From: Minisyncoccia bacterium
GTDB taxonomy: Bacteria; Patescibacteriota; Minisyncoccia; Phycocordibacterales; UBA9973
Length of the DNA stretch: 54,417 nucleotides
Reading direction: 5' to 3'
NCBI GenBank assembly: GCA_041499755.1
Contig: JBGQKV010000001.1
Span: 1-54,417 of the forward strand
A program made the position numbers and the translations under genes. The notes under the pieces were generated by a model. It did no database searches, was not told where the DNA came from, and was given only the letters and a program-made list of their open reading frames with translations. Below, one piece after another: positions 26,448 to 35,132 of the stretch (position 1 is its first letter; every line of letters starts with the position of its first letter).

Positions 26448-26786
26448 ATGCCTAATTTAGCAAATAAAAGATGTGTTCCCTGCGAGGATAAAAATATGAA
26501 ACCTCTTGCTGGAGAAGAGCTTGGCAATTATTTGATTGATGTGCCGAAATGGCTGCTTAACGCTGATGCTAAAAAAATAAGCCGAGAATTTAAATTTAAA
26601 AATTTTTTGGAAGCGGTGGACTTTATTTCAGGGCCGATAGCCGATATTGCCGAAGCAGAGGGGCACCATCCTGATATTCATATTTTTTATAACAAAGTGG
26701 ATCTAGATTTATGGACGCATTCCATCGGCGGGCTCTCCGAGAATGATTTTATCGTTGCCGCCAAGATTGATGCGATTTTTCCCTAA
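26448..26786 (+). CDS. pterin-4a-carbinolamine dehydratase (PCD/DCoH)
   Basis: CVPC...L, F.NF.EA..F......AEAEGHHPDI......V.L.L.TH..GGLSENDF pattern. Confidence 0.85.
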   Translation: MPNLANKRCVPCEDKNMKPLAGEELGNYLIDVPKWLLNADAKKISREFKFKNFLEAVDFISGPIADIAEAEGHHPDIHIFYNKVDLDLWTHSIGGLSENDFIVAAKIDAIFP

Positions 26787-26820
26787 ATCTGCTATAAATA
26801 AATGACCCTTTGGGTATTAT

Positions 26821-26895
26821 GGTGGCTATGGTGTAGCGGTAGCACGCGAGCTTGTGGAGCTCTCTGTCTGGGTTCAACTCCCAGTAGCCACCCCA
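26821..26895 (+). tRNA. tRNA-His (anticodon GUG) with encoded G-1 and CCA
   Basis: An extra 5' G lies opposite discriminator C. Acceptor GTGGCTA/TAGCCAC, anticodon loop TTGTGGA. Confidence 0.9.
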
Positions 26896-26924
26896 TTTAA
26901 ATACAATTTAAATAATTGGCAAAC

Positions 26925-26952
26925 AAAAAACCCCGCACATGCGGGGTTTTTT
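26925..26952. terminator. bidirectional intrinsic terminator
   Basis: A-run, then CCCCGC ACAT GCGGGG, then TTTTTT, positioned between tRNA-His (+) and the convergent small gene (-). Confidence 0.8.
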
Positions 26953-26957
26953 GAGGT

Positions 26958-27176
26958 TTAAGCTTTGCAACACTTACAACTATTTCCAGCCATCTTTGTT
27001 CCGCCGATTACTATCACGAGTATCGGCCAGATGATGTTCACCGCATGCATACTAAGCGTTCCCATTTCTCCTAAAAGAAAAGCTACACCAATGAGCAAGA
27101 TAGAAAGTGGCACCATTTTATGATGCGGGCACTTGCAGGTCATTGAGTGCATTCCTGTGTTTTGTTGATCCATCAT
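26958..27176 (-). CDS. small Cys/His-rich two-TM protein
   Basis: N-terminal MTCKCPHHK, two TM helices, C-terminal NSCKCCKA. Confidence 0.5.
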   Translation of the reverse strand: MMDQQNTGMHSMTCKCPHHKMVPLSILLIGVAFLLGEMGTLSMHAVNIIWPILVIVIGGTKMAGNSCKCCKA

Positions 27177-27244
27177 GTTTTTATAATTTTAGTTAAATTA
27201 ATTTCGACCTTGTATAATTCTTTATATCTACTATTATACTATAT

Positions 27245-27688
27245 ATGGGGAAAAAGAAAGTAGTGATGGTCTCAGGGGGGTTTGATCCGGTGCATATCGG
27301 GCATGTGCGGCTTTTTAACGAGGCCAAGAAACTAGGGGATTATCTTATTGTTGTAGTAAATAATGATAATTGGCTCAAGCTAAAAAAAGGGTATTCCTTT
27401 ATGCCAGAGACAGAAAGGAAAGAAATCATTGAAGCATTTCGTGGAGTTGACGAAGTGATGTTGACCAAACATGAGCCGGGTACAACGGATTTGTCCGTAT
27501 GCCAGGAGCTGGAAGAGATAAAACCCGATATTTTTGCTAATGGAGGAGACCGCCATGCAGGTAATATCCCAGAATACGCCCTATGCGACAAGCTTGGAAT
27601 TGTTATGGTATTCAATGTCGGCCATGGTGGTAAGGTTCGGAGCTCTTCGGACCTCTTAAAGGAGTTTTCACAGAAAAACAGTAAGTAA
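27245..27688 (+). CDS. cytidylyltransferase-family nucleotidyltransferase (HIGH motif)
   Basis: VSGGFDPVHIGHVRLF signature of the RfaE-II/TagD-like nucleotidyltransferase fold. Confidence 0.75.
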   Translation: MGKKKVVMVSGGFDPVHIGHVRLFNEAKKLGDYLIVVVNNDNWLKLKKGYSFMPETERKEIIEAFRGVDEVMLTKHEPGTTDLSVCQELEEIKPDIFANGGDRHAGNIPEYALCDKLGIVMVFNVGHGGKVRSSSDLLKEFSQKNSK

Positions 27689-27730
27689 TCGTATTGCTAA
27701 AGATTTCTTAGGAGGTATAATTTAAAGACG

Positions 27731-28072
27731 ATGGAAATATATGAGGAGGAAAGGCCATGGGGGAGTTTTAGGCGTTTTACTAAAAATGCTCCTTCTACGG
27801 TGAAAGTCATCAAAGTGAAACCAGGTGAAGCTTTCAGTTTGCAGACACACTCAAAAAGAAATGAATTTTGGCGAATTACTGCGGGTGCAGGCACAGTGGA
27901 AATAGGAGATAAAAATTACAATGCAAAGATAGGAGACGAGTATATTATTTCCAAAGGAGAAAGGCATCGCATGACCGGAGGTCCTTCCGGAGTTGAATTT
28001 TTGGAAATTGCCGAAGGTGATTTTGATGAAGAAGATATTACTAGGTTAGAAGATAAGTATGGCAGAGTCTAA
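27731..28072 (+). CDS. cupin-domain protein, type II phosphomannose isomerase-like
   Basis: ERPWGSF......STVKVI.VKPGE..SLQ.H..R.E.W pattern of the mannose-6-phosphate isomerase cupin. Confidence 0.7.
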   Translation: MEIYEEERPWGSFRRFTKNAPSTVKVIKVKPGEAFSLQTHSKRNEFWRITAGAGTVEIGDKNYNAKIGDEYIISKGERHRMTGGPSGVEFLEIAEGDFDEEDITRLEDKYGRV

Positions 28073-29249
28073 AAAGAAAACAAAAAAGATAATAACAAAG
28101 AAAACTCCTAAAAAGAAGTTGGTTAAAAAGCCGGTAAAAAAAACGCGCAAGAAACCGGTAAAGAAATTAGCCAAGAAAAAAATAGTTGGTAAAAAAATCG
28201 GCCTTCAATTAAAACGGGCGCCCTTCAACCCGATAATGAGGCCCGGGCCATATCATTGGGAGTCTGAAGCAGTTTTTAATCCAGCAGCAATACTCTCCGA
28301 TGATCGAGTGCATCTTTTTTATCGCGCTCTAGGATATGACGGCGTTTCCAGAATTGGCTATGCTTCAAGCCGTGATGGCATTCATTTTGATACGCGCCTC
28401 ACTCACCCTATTTATGTGGCGCAAAGTTTTGAAGAAGCCAAAGAAAATCTGAAACATTTTCCTTTCACATCACCCGCGCGCCTAGTATATGACACGGCGA
28501 TGTATGCTTCTGGCGGGGGCTGGGGCGGATGCGAAGACCCACGCGCAGTGCTTATTGATGGTGTTGTATATATGACTTTCAATATGTTCAACGGCTGGCA
28601 TTCAATGCGGGTTGGTGTCACTTCTATCAAAGAAGAAGATCTTTTAAATAAAAAATGGAATTGGCAGAATTTTGCTTTTCTTTCGCGTCCTGGCGATAGG
28701 CAAAAAAATTGGGTGCTATTCCCTGAAAAAGTAAATGGCAAGTTTGCAGTTTTCCATAACTTGGATATGGGTGATCCAAGCCGTGTGGGTATAACTTATT
28801 TTAACGAGCTTGATTCATCTGAAGCCCCGACAGGGGAAAATGCGCCAGATCCTCAAGGGCTGCCAGACCACGAAGTTGCCTGGCATTTCCGTACCAGGAG
28901 CGCCGCAGCCCCGCCTATCAAAACCAGGGATGGCTGGCTTTTGCTTTACCATGCAATGGAGAAAAGTGATCCGAATAGATACAAAGTGGGCGCAATGTTG
29001 CTTGATCTAAAAAACCCAGAGAAAGTGCTTTACCGCGCCCAGCGCCCTATACTTGAACCCGATGCTTGGTATGAGAATGATTGGAAGCCGGGGATAGTGT
29101 ATGCCAGCGGTGCAGTGGTAAAAGATGGAAAACTTTTCGTTTATTACGGTGCCGGAGACAAGCATGTGGGGGTTGCTTCCATAAAACTAACTGAACTTTT
29201 AACTGATCTCAAAACAAATAAAGCTGTGAAGATGAAGAAAGAGAAATGA
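28059..29249 (+). CDS. GH130-family glycoside phosphorylase with polylysine N-terminal extension
   Basis: FNPAAI, FYRA, GYASS.DG..F and GCEDPR motifs, preceded by about 45 residues of KKx repeats. Confidence 0.8.
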   Translation: MAESKKKTKKIITKKTPKKKLVKKPVKKTRKKPVKKLAKKKIVGKKIGLQLKRAPFNPIMRPGPYHWESEAVFNPAAILSDDRVHLFYRALGYDGVSRIGYASSRDGIHFDTRLTHPIYVAQSFEEAKENLKHFPFTSPARLVYDTAMYASGGGWGGCEDPRAVLIDGVVYMTFNMFNGWHSMRVGVTSIKEEDLLNKKWNWQNFAFLSRPGDRQKNWVLFPEKVNGKFAVFHNLDMGDPSRVGITYFNELDSSEAPTGENAPDPQGLPDHEVAWHFRTRSAAAPPIKTRDGWLLLYHAMEKSDPNRYKVGAMLLDLKNPEKVLYRAQRPILEPDAWYENDWKPGIVYASGAVVKDGKLFVYYGAGDKHVGVASIKLTELLTDLKTNKAVKMKKEK

Positions 29250-29878
29250 GATTTCTTAGAAAAGCAAACCGCTTGGATGTAAAAAGAAATTTTGTAATCA
29301 CATCGTATATACGCAAACTTGGTGTTGCGGGAAGATATGAAACAAAACCGCCAACTCGCACAACATTTCTTGCTGTTTTGAAAAAGGCGAAACATGCTGT
29401 TGGAAAGTTAAGCGAGAGAAAACTAGATAAAATTGTTGGGGACCAAAAAAAGAAGCGTCTTCATGCTTACAATAACTCAGATTGGTATCTTGGTGTTGTA
29501 TCAATAAAAGAAATTGGAGTATGGAAAGGAGCAGGAGGATTGCCTGTATCCTGGACACGTGGTTCCGTCTTTGAAACATCAAAGAAAGTCAAAGTAGCAT
29601 TGGGTAATAATGATAAAATAATTCGCAAGCGATCAAAACGAGCAATTCCTGGAATTATTAAATTCCAAGATGTTGTAAAAAAAGAAAAATATTTGTTTCC
29701 TATTATTTTTAAGGCTGGTAGTGGTACAAATGGGCGGGAGGGATTACCTAAAATGAGCGGAGATGTAGACGACGGCTCAATGAGATCAATTGCGCTGACT
29801 ATTTCTGGGGCTAAAAAAATAAAAGCATATATTGGTTTTCCGAAAGGTGCAAATAATGCTAAAATTAAGCACACATAA
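29246..29878 (+). CDS. hypothetical protein embedded in the GH130 operon
   Basis: ATGA overlap with the upstream GH130 gene and a 3-nt gap to the downstream one. Basic protein with no family recognised by eye. Confidence 0.55.
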   Translation: MRFLRKANRLDVKRNFVITSYIRKLGVAGRYETKPPTRTTFLAVLKKAKHAVGKLSERKLDKIVGDQKKKRLHAYNNSDWYLGVVSIKEIGVWKGAGGLPVSWTRGSVFETSKKVKVALGNNDKIIRKRSKRAIPGIIKFQDVVKKEKYLFPIIFKAGSGTNGREGLPKMSGDVDDGSMRSIALTISGAKKIKAYIGFPKGANNAKIKHT

Positions 29879-29881
29879 CTT

Positions 29882-31807
29882 ATGTACGTAGTTAAAAAGA
29901 ACGAACACAATCCGATTTTGATTCCAGAGAGAGGGCATTACTGGGAAGAATTTGCCGCTTTTAATTTATGTCCTGTCAGGAAAGGGAAGACTGTTTACGG
30001 ACTTTACCGGGCGATGTCTGCGCCGGATCCGATGCGGAGTCCTTCGCAAATTTCAATCGTTGGCCGGGCCGAAAGCAAAGACGGGGAACATTTTAGGAGA
30101 AAAGCTCCTTTTATAGAGCCGGCGGAACCTTTTGATCGCTTTGGCTGTGAAGACCCGCGAGTGACATTTTTTGAAGGCGTTTATTACACTTTTTACACAG
30201 CTTTATCGGAGTACCCATATGGTCCAAATGGTATCAGGGTGGCAGTGGCACTATCAAAAGATTTAAAAAAAATAGACGAACGGCACCTAGTCACTCCCTT
30301 CAATGCCAAAGCGATGGCGCTTTTTCCTGAGAGGATAAATGGTAAAATCACGGTGATTTTTTCTGCGCACACGGATTCTCCGCCGGCAAAGACAGTCATT
30401 GCTCAAGTAGATAAAATGGCAGAGTTGTGGTCGCCAGAATTTTGGAAAAAGTGGCACGAGCATATTGATGATTATGTTATCAATCCTCGGCGCAATGAAT
30501 TTGACCACACAGAAGTCGGCGCTCCGCCTATAAAGACCGAGCATGGCTGGCTCTTTATTTATTCGCATATTCAAAATTATTTTCCGGGCGGGGGTAACAG
30601 AATTTTCGGCATTGAAGCGCTCCTCCTTGATCTGAACGATCCGAAAAAAATTATCGGGCGAACTCACGGGCCCTTGCTTGTCCCAGAAGAGTCTTATGAG
30701 CTTTCAGGCTATGTCGGCAACATTGTTTTTCCGAGTGGAGCAATATTAGAAAAAGATATTCTCACTATTTATTATGGCGCGGCAGATACCACAGTCTGCT
30801 CTGCTGAAGTTTCACTCACCGATTTGATCGGGAGTATTTATCCCGACACTGCATCTGATTGGCGCTTCAAACGCGCGAAAGAAAATCCAATTATAAGACC
30901 AGTGCCCGAGCATCCTTGGGAGGCGCAGGGGACTTTCAATCCGGCAGCGATCAACATCGGAGAGCGGACACATATTTTATATAGAGCATTTTCAAAAGAC
31001 AACACTTCTACGGTCGGCTATGCTATGACGGAAAACGGCGTAGACATACTGGAGCGAAGCAATGAGCCGATTTATTCACCCCGGGAAGATTTTGAGATGA
31101 AAAAAATATCAAACGGCTATTCCGGCTGCGAAGACCCTCGCCTCACTAAAATCGGCAAAGATATTTATATGTGTTATACCGCTTATGATGGAGCGACCTC
31201 TCCGCGGGTGGCCATCACCTCTATATCCGAGAAAGATTTTCTTGCCCGCAAATGGAATTGGGAGAAACCATTCCTCATTACTCCGCCTGGCTTTGATGAT
31301 AAGGACACCTGTATTTTCCCAGATAAATTTAAAGATGGATATTTTGTCATTCATCGCGTAGGCAACGAAATCTGCGGGGACTACTTGAACTCTCTTGACT
31401 TCAAGCACGAAAGCGTGAAAAAGTGCATTCGCATAATGGGGCCTAGGAGGAATACTTGGGATTCAGCCAAAGTCGGCATTACCGCCCCGCCCCTCAAAAC
31501 GAAATACGGATGGCTGCTTTTGTATCACGGCGTATCCCAGAGCCACAATACTTACCGTGTCGGCGTGGCGCTCCTTGATCTAAAAGATCCGGCCATCGTA
31601 CTCGCCCGCGGGACAGACGCGATTTTTGAACCAGAAGAAGAATATGAAAAAGTAGGCTTGGTAAACAATGTCGTCTTTCCATGCGGGATGGTCTTGCGTG
31701 ACGACACCCTCTTCATTTATTACGGTGGAGCGGACAAAGTAGTTGGTGTCGCCACGATGAAGCTAGACATTATCCTTTCTGCTCTCCTCCGAGGCGCGAA
31801 GTTGTAA
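29882..31807 (+). CDS. tandem double GH130 glycoside phosphorylase (641 aa)
   Basis: Two complete GH130-like halves, each with NPI(L/I), (L/I)YRA(M/F)S and GCEDPR motifs. Confidence 0.8.
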   Translation: MYVVKKNEHNPILIPERGHYWEEFAAFNLCPVRKGKTVYGLYRAMSAPDPMRSPSQISIVGRAESKDGEHFRRKAPFIEPAEPFDRFGCEDPRVTFFEGVYYTFYTALSEYPYGPNGIRVAVALSKDLKKIDERHLVTPFNAKAMALFPERINGKITVIFSAHTDSPPAKTVIAQVDKMAELWSPEFWKKWHEHIDDYVINPRRNEFDHTEVGAPPIKTEHGWLFIYSHIQNYFPGGGNRIFGIEALLLDLNDPKKIIGRTHGPLLVPEESYELSGYVGNIVFPSGAILEKDILTIYYGAADTTVCSAEVSLTDLIGSIYPDTASDWRFKRAKENPIIRPVPEHPWEAQGTFNPAAINIGERTHILYRAFSKDNTSTVGYAMTENGVDILERSNEPIYSPREDFEMKKISNGYSGCEDPRLTKIGKDIYMCYTAYDGATSPRVAITSISEKDFLARKWNWEKPFLITPPGFDDKDTCIFPDKFKDGYFVIHRVGNEICGDYLNSLDFKHESVKKCIRIMGPRRNTWDSAKVGITAPPLKTKYGWLLLYHGVSQSHNTYRVGVALLDLKDPAIVLARGTDAIFEPEEEYEKVGLVNNVVFPCGMVLRDDTLFIYYGGADKVVGVATMKLDIILSALLRGAKL

Positions 31808-31925
31808 TTAATTTATAATTTACCCCCATATATGCCATAACTGATCTGGGGATTTAGACTATTAGCTTACTGAATGGTATCATACTCGTAAATTAATCTT
31901 ATTTAAAAAATAAAAACTATAACTC

Positions 31926-32558
31926 ATGACACGTTTAATCATTGTCCGTCACGGAAAGTCCGAGTGGAATGCTCTAGGCCTTTGGACCGGCTGGGAGGAC
32001 ATTCCTTTAATAAAAGATGGAGAGGAGGAAGCTCAAAGAACAGCCGAGCAGCTTAAAGATATCTGTATTCACCGAGCGTATTCATCAAAACTAAAAAGAG
32101 CCAGTGAAACTTTGAAGATTATTCAAGACACTTTGCAAATCTCACATATCCCTACAGTTTTTCATGAAGCACTCAATGAAAGAAATTACGGTATCTTTAC
32201 AGGCAAAAATAAGTGGCAAGTAAAGGAAGAAGTGGGTGAAGTAGAATTTCAAAAAATCAGAAGGAGCTGGAATTACCCAATTCCGGAAGGTGAGACTCTG
32301 GAAGACGTTTACAATAGGGTCGTGCCTTTTTATGAACATGCCATTAAAACTGATTTAGAGAAAGGCAGAAATGTCATCATCGTTGCTCACGGCAATTCAT
32401 TAAGAGCCTTGGCTAAGCACTTGGAAAATCTGAGTGAAGAAGAAGTGTTGAATCTGGAAATCGGAATAGCTGAAGCTCACATTTATGAGATTGGTAAGGG
32501 TGGCAAAGTGATTTCTAAGGAAATCAGGGCCGAAAATCCTAAAAAAGGGAAATTGTAA
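31926..32558 (+). CDS. gpmA: histidine-phosphatase family, 2,3-BPG-dependent phosphoglycerate mutase-like
   Basis: RHGKSEWN..GLWTGW.D..L motif and a late AHGNSLRAL motif. Confidence 0.8.
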   Translation: MTRLIIVRHGKSEWNALGLWTGWEDIPLIKDGEEEAQRTAEQLKDICIHRAYSSKLKRASETLKIIQDTLQISHIPTVFHEALNERNYGIFTGKNKWQVKEEVGEVEFQKIRRSWNYPIPEGETLEDVYNRVVPFYEHAIKTDLEKGRNVIIVAHGNSLRALAKHLENLSEEEVLNLEIGIAEAHIYEIGKGGKVISKEIRAENPKKGKL

Positions 32559-32560
32559 TT

Positions 32561-32601
32561 AAAAAAGAGCGGAAGATATTATCTGTCCGCTCTTTCTTTT
32601 T
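32561..32601. terminator. bidirectional intrinsic terminator
   Basis: A6, then AGAGCGGA / 12-nt loop / TCCGCTCT, then TTCTTTTTG, between convergent genes. Confidence 0.75.
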
Positions 32602-32602
32602 G

Positions 32603-33799
32603 TTATTCTTCATCCGTGATTCTCGTAGCACCTCCTTTTAGATTTCCTGTCTCCAATTTGTCTTCCCTAATAAGCATTTGGTCAATCCACTTCCGAACAA
32701 AAGAACCATTAGCTTTCTTTATATTCCTCCAATGGCCTCGCCTCCAATGCGGAGATTTTTCGCTTCCTGTAAATAGGTTAGAGATGTAAATTTCACCACC
32801 TAACTTCTTTATGTTTCTTACTTCCGTGATAGGTACTGCCTTCCATTCGTACTCTTCCAGTTTTTGCGCAATAGTTTCCGTAGTTTCTTTACTTTCTTCC
32901 AGAATAACTTTTCTAGGAGATAGCTCCGAAATCAATTTACAGAATCCGTTTATTTTGTCGCGTAGAAATGTATAGAGGACAATGATGAATTCATCAGTAT
33001 TCTCTGGACGCAAGTCAATAAAATGAGGATGAATTTCTTCCCCATTCTCTGATTGTGTGTGAAGTATTTTCTCTACAATCCTTGCGTCCTCTACTGTGAG
33101 AGATATGCCCAGCAGTTCTATTTCAGGTTTTAACTCCATCTTCTCCCAAGATTTTTTCCTTTTGTCTAGTAGCATTTTTTCATCTTTCTCTTCAAGTAAA
33201 AAATCTTTCAGGTCTGAGCGAAGTAGTACCATATCAATGACATTATCTTTCTCGTCAAGGTTGAGCATCATTACGTTGTAATTTTGAATATTGCCGTTGT
33301 CGAAATCAAAAGACATTGGTTCTTCAAACTTTACTACAAATGAACCGTAAGGAAGCAAAGGCAGGAAGTTTTTCTTTTCAGTGCTGACTTCTTTAATTGT
33401 ATCTGGGCTGGGAAGAACGTATACTTTTTTATATTTTAACCAATTACATAAAAAGTAGGGGTATGAACTTATCATTCTACTGATTCCGGCCCTCATGAAG
33501 TTTATTTGGTCTAGTATTTCGCGCTCAGATTTGGAAACCCTGGGTAGAAACTTGCTTGGGTCAAACTCAATTTTTGACTCCACACATTTCCTAAAATTTT
33601 TAAAGTCTTTAACTGAACGTGCCAGATATTTTTTTTCATCTAATTCCGTTCCGACTAGAGGTTTCTCATATTTATAATGTTCCAGTATCGGATCTCCTTT
33701 TATAGAAAGATCAAAGAATATTTCCGATACTAGATTCATTTCTTCCCAGTATCGAAGTGCAACCTCCAATTCGTTGAGAAATAAAGTGCTTTTTTTCAT
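32603..33799 (-). CDS. orphan hypothetical protein (398 aa from the ATG at 33799)
   Basis: AT-rich and Lys/Glu-rich with no recognised domain. C-terminal SPHWRRGHWRNIKK basic His/Trp motif. The longer ORF-track start at 33892 would overlap the divergent promoter. Confidence 0.6.
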   Translation of the reverse strand: MKKSTLFLNELEVALRYWEEMNLVSEIFFDLSIKGDPILEHYKYEKPLVGTELDEKKYLARSVKDFKNFRKCVESKIEFDPSKFLPRVSKSEREILDQINFMRAGISRMISSYPYFLCNWLKYKKVYVLPSPDTIKEVSTEKKNFLPLLPYGSFVVKFEEPMSFDFDNGNIQNYNVMMLNLDEKDNVIDMVLLRSDLKDFLLEEKDEKMLLDKRKKSWEKMELKPEIELLGISLTVEDARIVEKILHTQSENGEEIHPHFIDLRPENTDEFIIVLYTFLRDKINGFCKLISELSPRKVILEESKETTETIAQKLEEYEWKAVPITEVRNIKKLGGEIYISNLFTGSEKSPHWRRGHWRNIKKANGSFVRKWIDQMLIREDKLETGNLKGGATRITDEE

Positions 33800-33885
33800 G
33801 GTTTTATGAGGTTTTAAAGGGTTAAACAAATTAGTTAGCTTGCTTAACTGTACAAGCGATTCGAGATATATAATAACAAAAATTA

Positions 33886-33914
33886 TTGACAAGTCAAGTA
33901 ATAGATGATAAAGT
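33886..33914 (+). promoter_or_regulatory. promoter TTGACA-17-TAAAGT (TGA-extended)
   Basis: TTGACA at 33886-33891 and TGATAAAGT at 33906-33914, upstream of the gene at 33970. Confidence 0.55.
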
Positions 33915-33969
33915 AAAAATAATTTGTTATTCGAAAATTATTTTCTCACAGTTTTAAAACTTTAACCAA

Positions 33970-34500
33970 ATGGCAAACAGAATATTGAAAATCGGGGTCA
34001 TGGGCCCTGGTGAGTCAGCCAGCGGAGCTGATATGGCGGTTGCTTTTTCTTTAGGCGCTCTTATTGCAAAAAACGGCTGGATACTCCTTTCAGGAGGCAG
34101 GGCAACTGGAGTAATGGGGGCTGTCAATAAAGGATACAAATCAAAAGGCGGAACGATGAGTGTCGGAATTTCTCCTGTTGACGAAGAAGGCATGTCCGAT
34201 GATGTAGATTTGATTATTTCCACTAACATGCGGAGTGGGAGAAACTACATCAACACTCTTTCAAGCGACATTCTTGTTGCTGTTGGAGATCTATCTTCTG
34301 CAGGGACCCTTTCAGAGGTTGCTCTGGGTTTAATAAAAAACAAACCCTTTGAGAAAAAAAGAAATGCTTTCCCGGTCATACTTTTAGGTTCTGGCCCTAT
34401 GCATGGTGCGTTGGTAAAAACCTATAGAGAAAAGGTTCTGCAGGTAAACTCGCCCGAAGAAGTAATAAATCGGATTCTTGCACTTATGAAGAAAAAGTAA
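33970..34500 (+). CDS. LOG/TIGR00725-like (SLOG superfamily) Rossmann-fold protein
   Basis: IGVMGPG, LLSGGRATGVMGAVNKG and AVGDLSSAGTLSEVA motifs match the LOG / lysine-decarboxylase-like family. Confidence 0.7.
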   Translation: MANRILKIGVMGPGESASGADMAVAFSLGALIAKNGWILLSGGRATGVMGAVNKGYKSKGGTMSVGISPVDEEGMSDDVDLIISTNMRSGRNYINTLSSDILVAVGDLSSAGTLSEVALGLIKNKPFEKKRNAFPVILLGSGPMHGALVKTYREKVLQVNSPEEVINRILALMKKK

Positions 34501-34516
34501 AAAACATTTTACATTG

Positions 34517-34546
34517 GCACCCTCTTTATTGAGAGGGTGCTTTTTG
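34517..34546 (+). terminator. intrinsic terminator
   Basis: GCACCCTC / 8-nt loop / GAGGGTGC followed by TTTTTG. Confidence 0.8.
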
Positions 34547-34627
34547 TTTCCCAAAAATGTTTTGAAATATGGTAAAATTAACTCAATGCTAAACATCGGT
34601 TCGGTTATAATTATTAAATTTGCTTAG

Positions 34628-35125
34628 ATGAAACTTTTAGAAAACTTTTGGCAGTGGTATAACAAGCACTATAAAACGCATTTGCGCTTTGCCACATTTA
34701 TTTTTGTACTCCAGCTTGTGCACCTTTTTTGGATGACCACAAATGTGGTTATGTTTCGACTGTGGGGAACATCCCTTTTCCCAAAATCTCTCGAGCCGGC
34801 GCTTGCTTTGGTGGACTACTTGGAAATCCCGGCGCTAATTTCTGTCACCCTTATTTACATAAATGATATTTTGCAGGGCCGCCGGTCGTCCCGGGCTTGG
34901 TGGTATATTTTTTTACTGAATACTCAATGGATTCACCTTTTTTGGATTACGGATGAAATAATACTTGCAAATTTTACGGGCACGGCACCGATTTTAATCC
35001 CAGCTTGGCTTTCTTGGATCGCCATCGCCATTGATTATTTTGAGTTGCCGGTGATGTATGACACGATCCGCCGGAGTTTTTCCAAAAAAGACAGCCAAGG
35101 ACAACAAAAACAGGAAATGCCATAA
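34628..35125 (+). CDS. internally duplicated 4-TM membrane protein, unknown function
   Basis: Two halves share the motifs (V/I)HLFW(M/I)T and DY(L/F)E(I/L)P. Lies directly upstream of the NRAMP gene. Confidence 0.6.
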   Translation: MKLLENFWQWYNKHYKTHLRFATFIFVLQLVHLFWMTTNVVMFRLWGTSLFPKSLEPALALVDYLEIPALISVTLIYINDILQGRRSSRAWWYIFLLNTQWIHLFWITDEIILANFTGTAPILIPAWLSWIAIAIDYFELPVMYDTIRRSFSKKDSQGQQKQEMP

Positions 35126-35132
35126 TAGAGGT

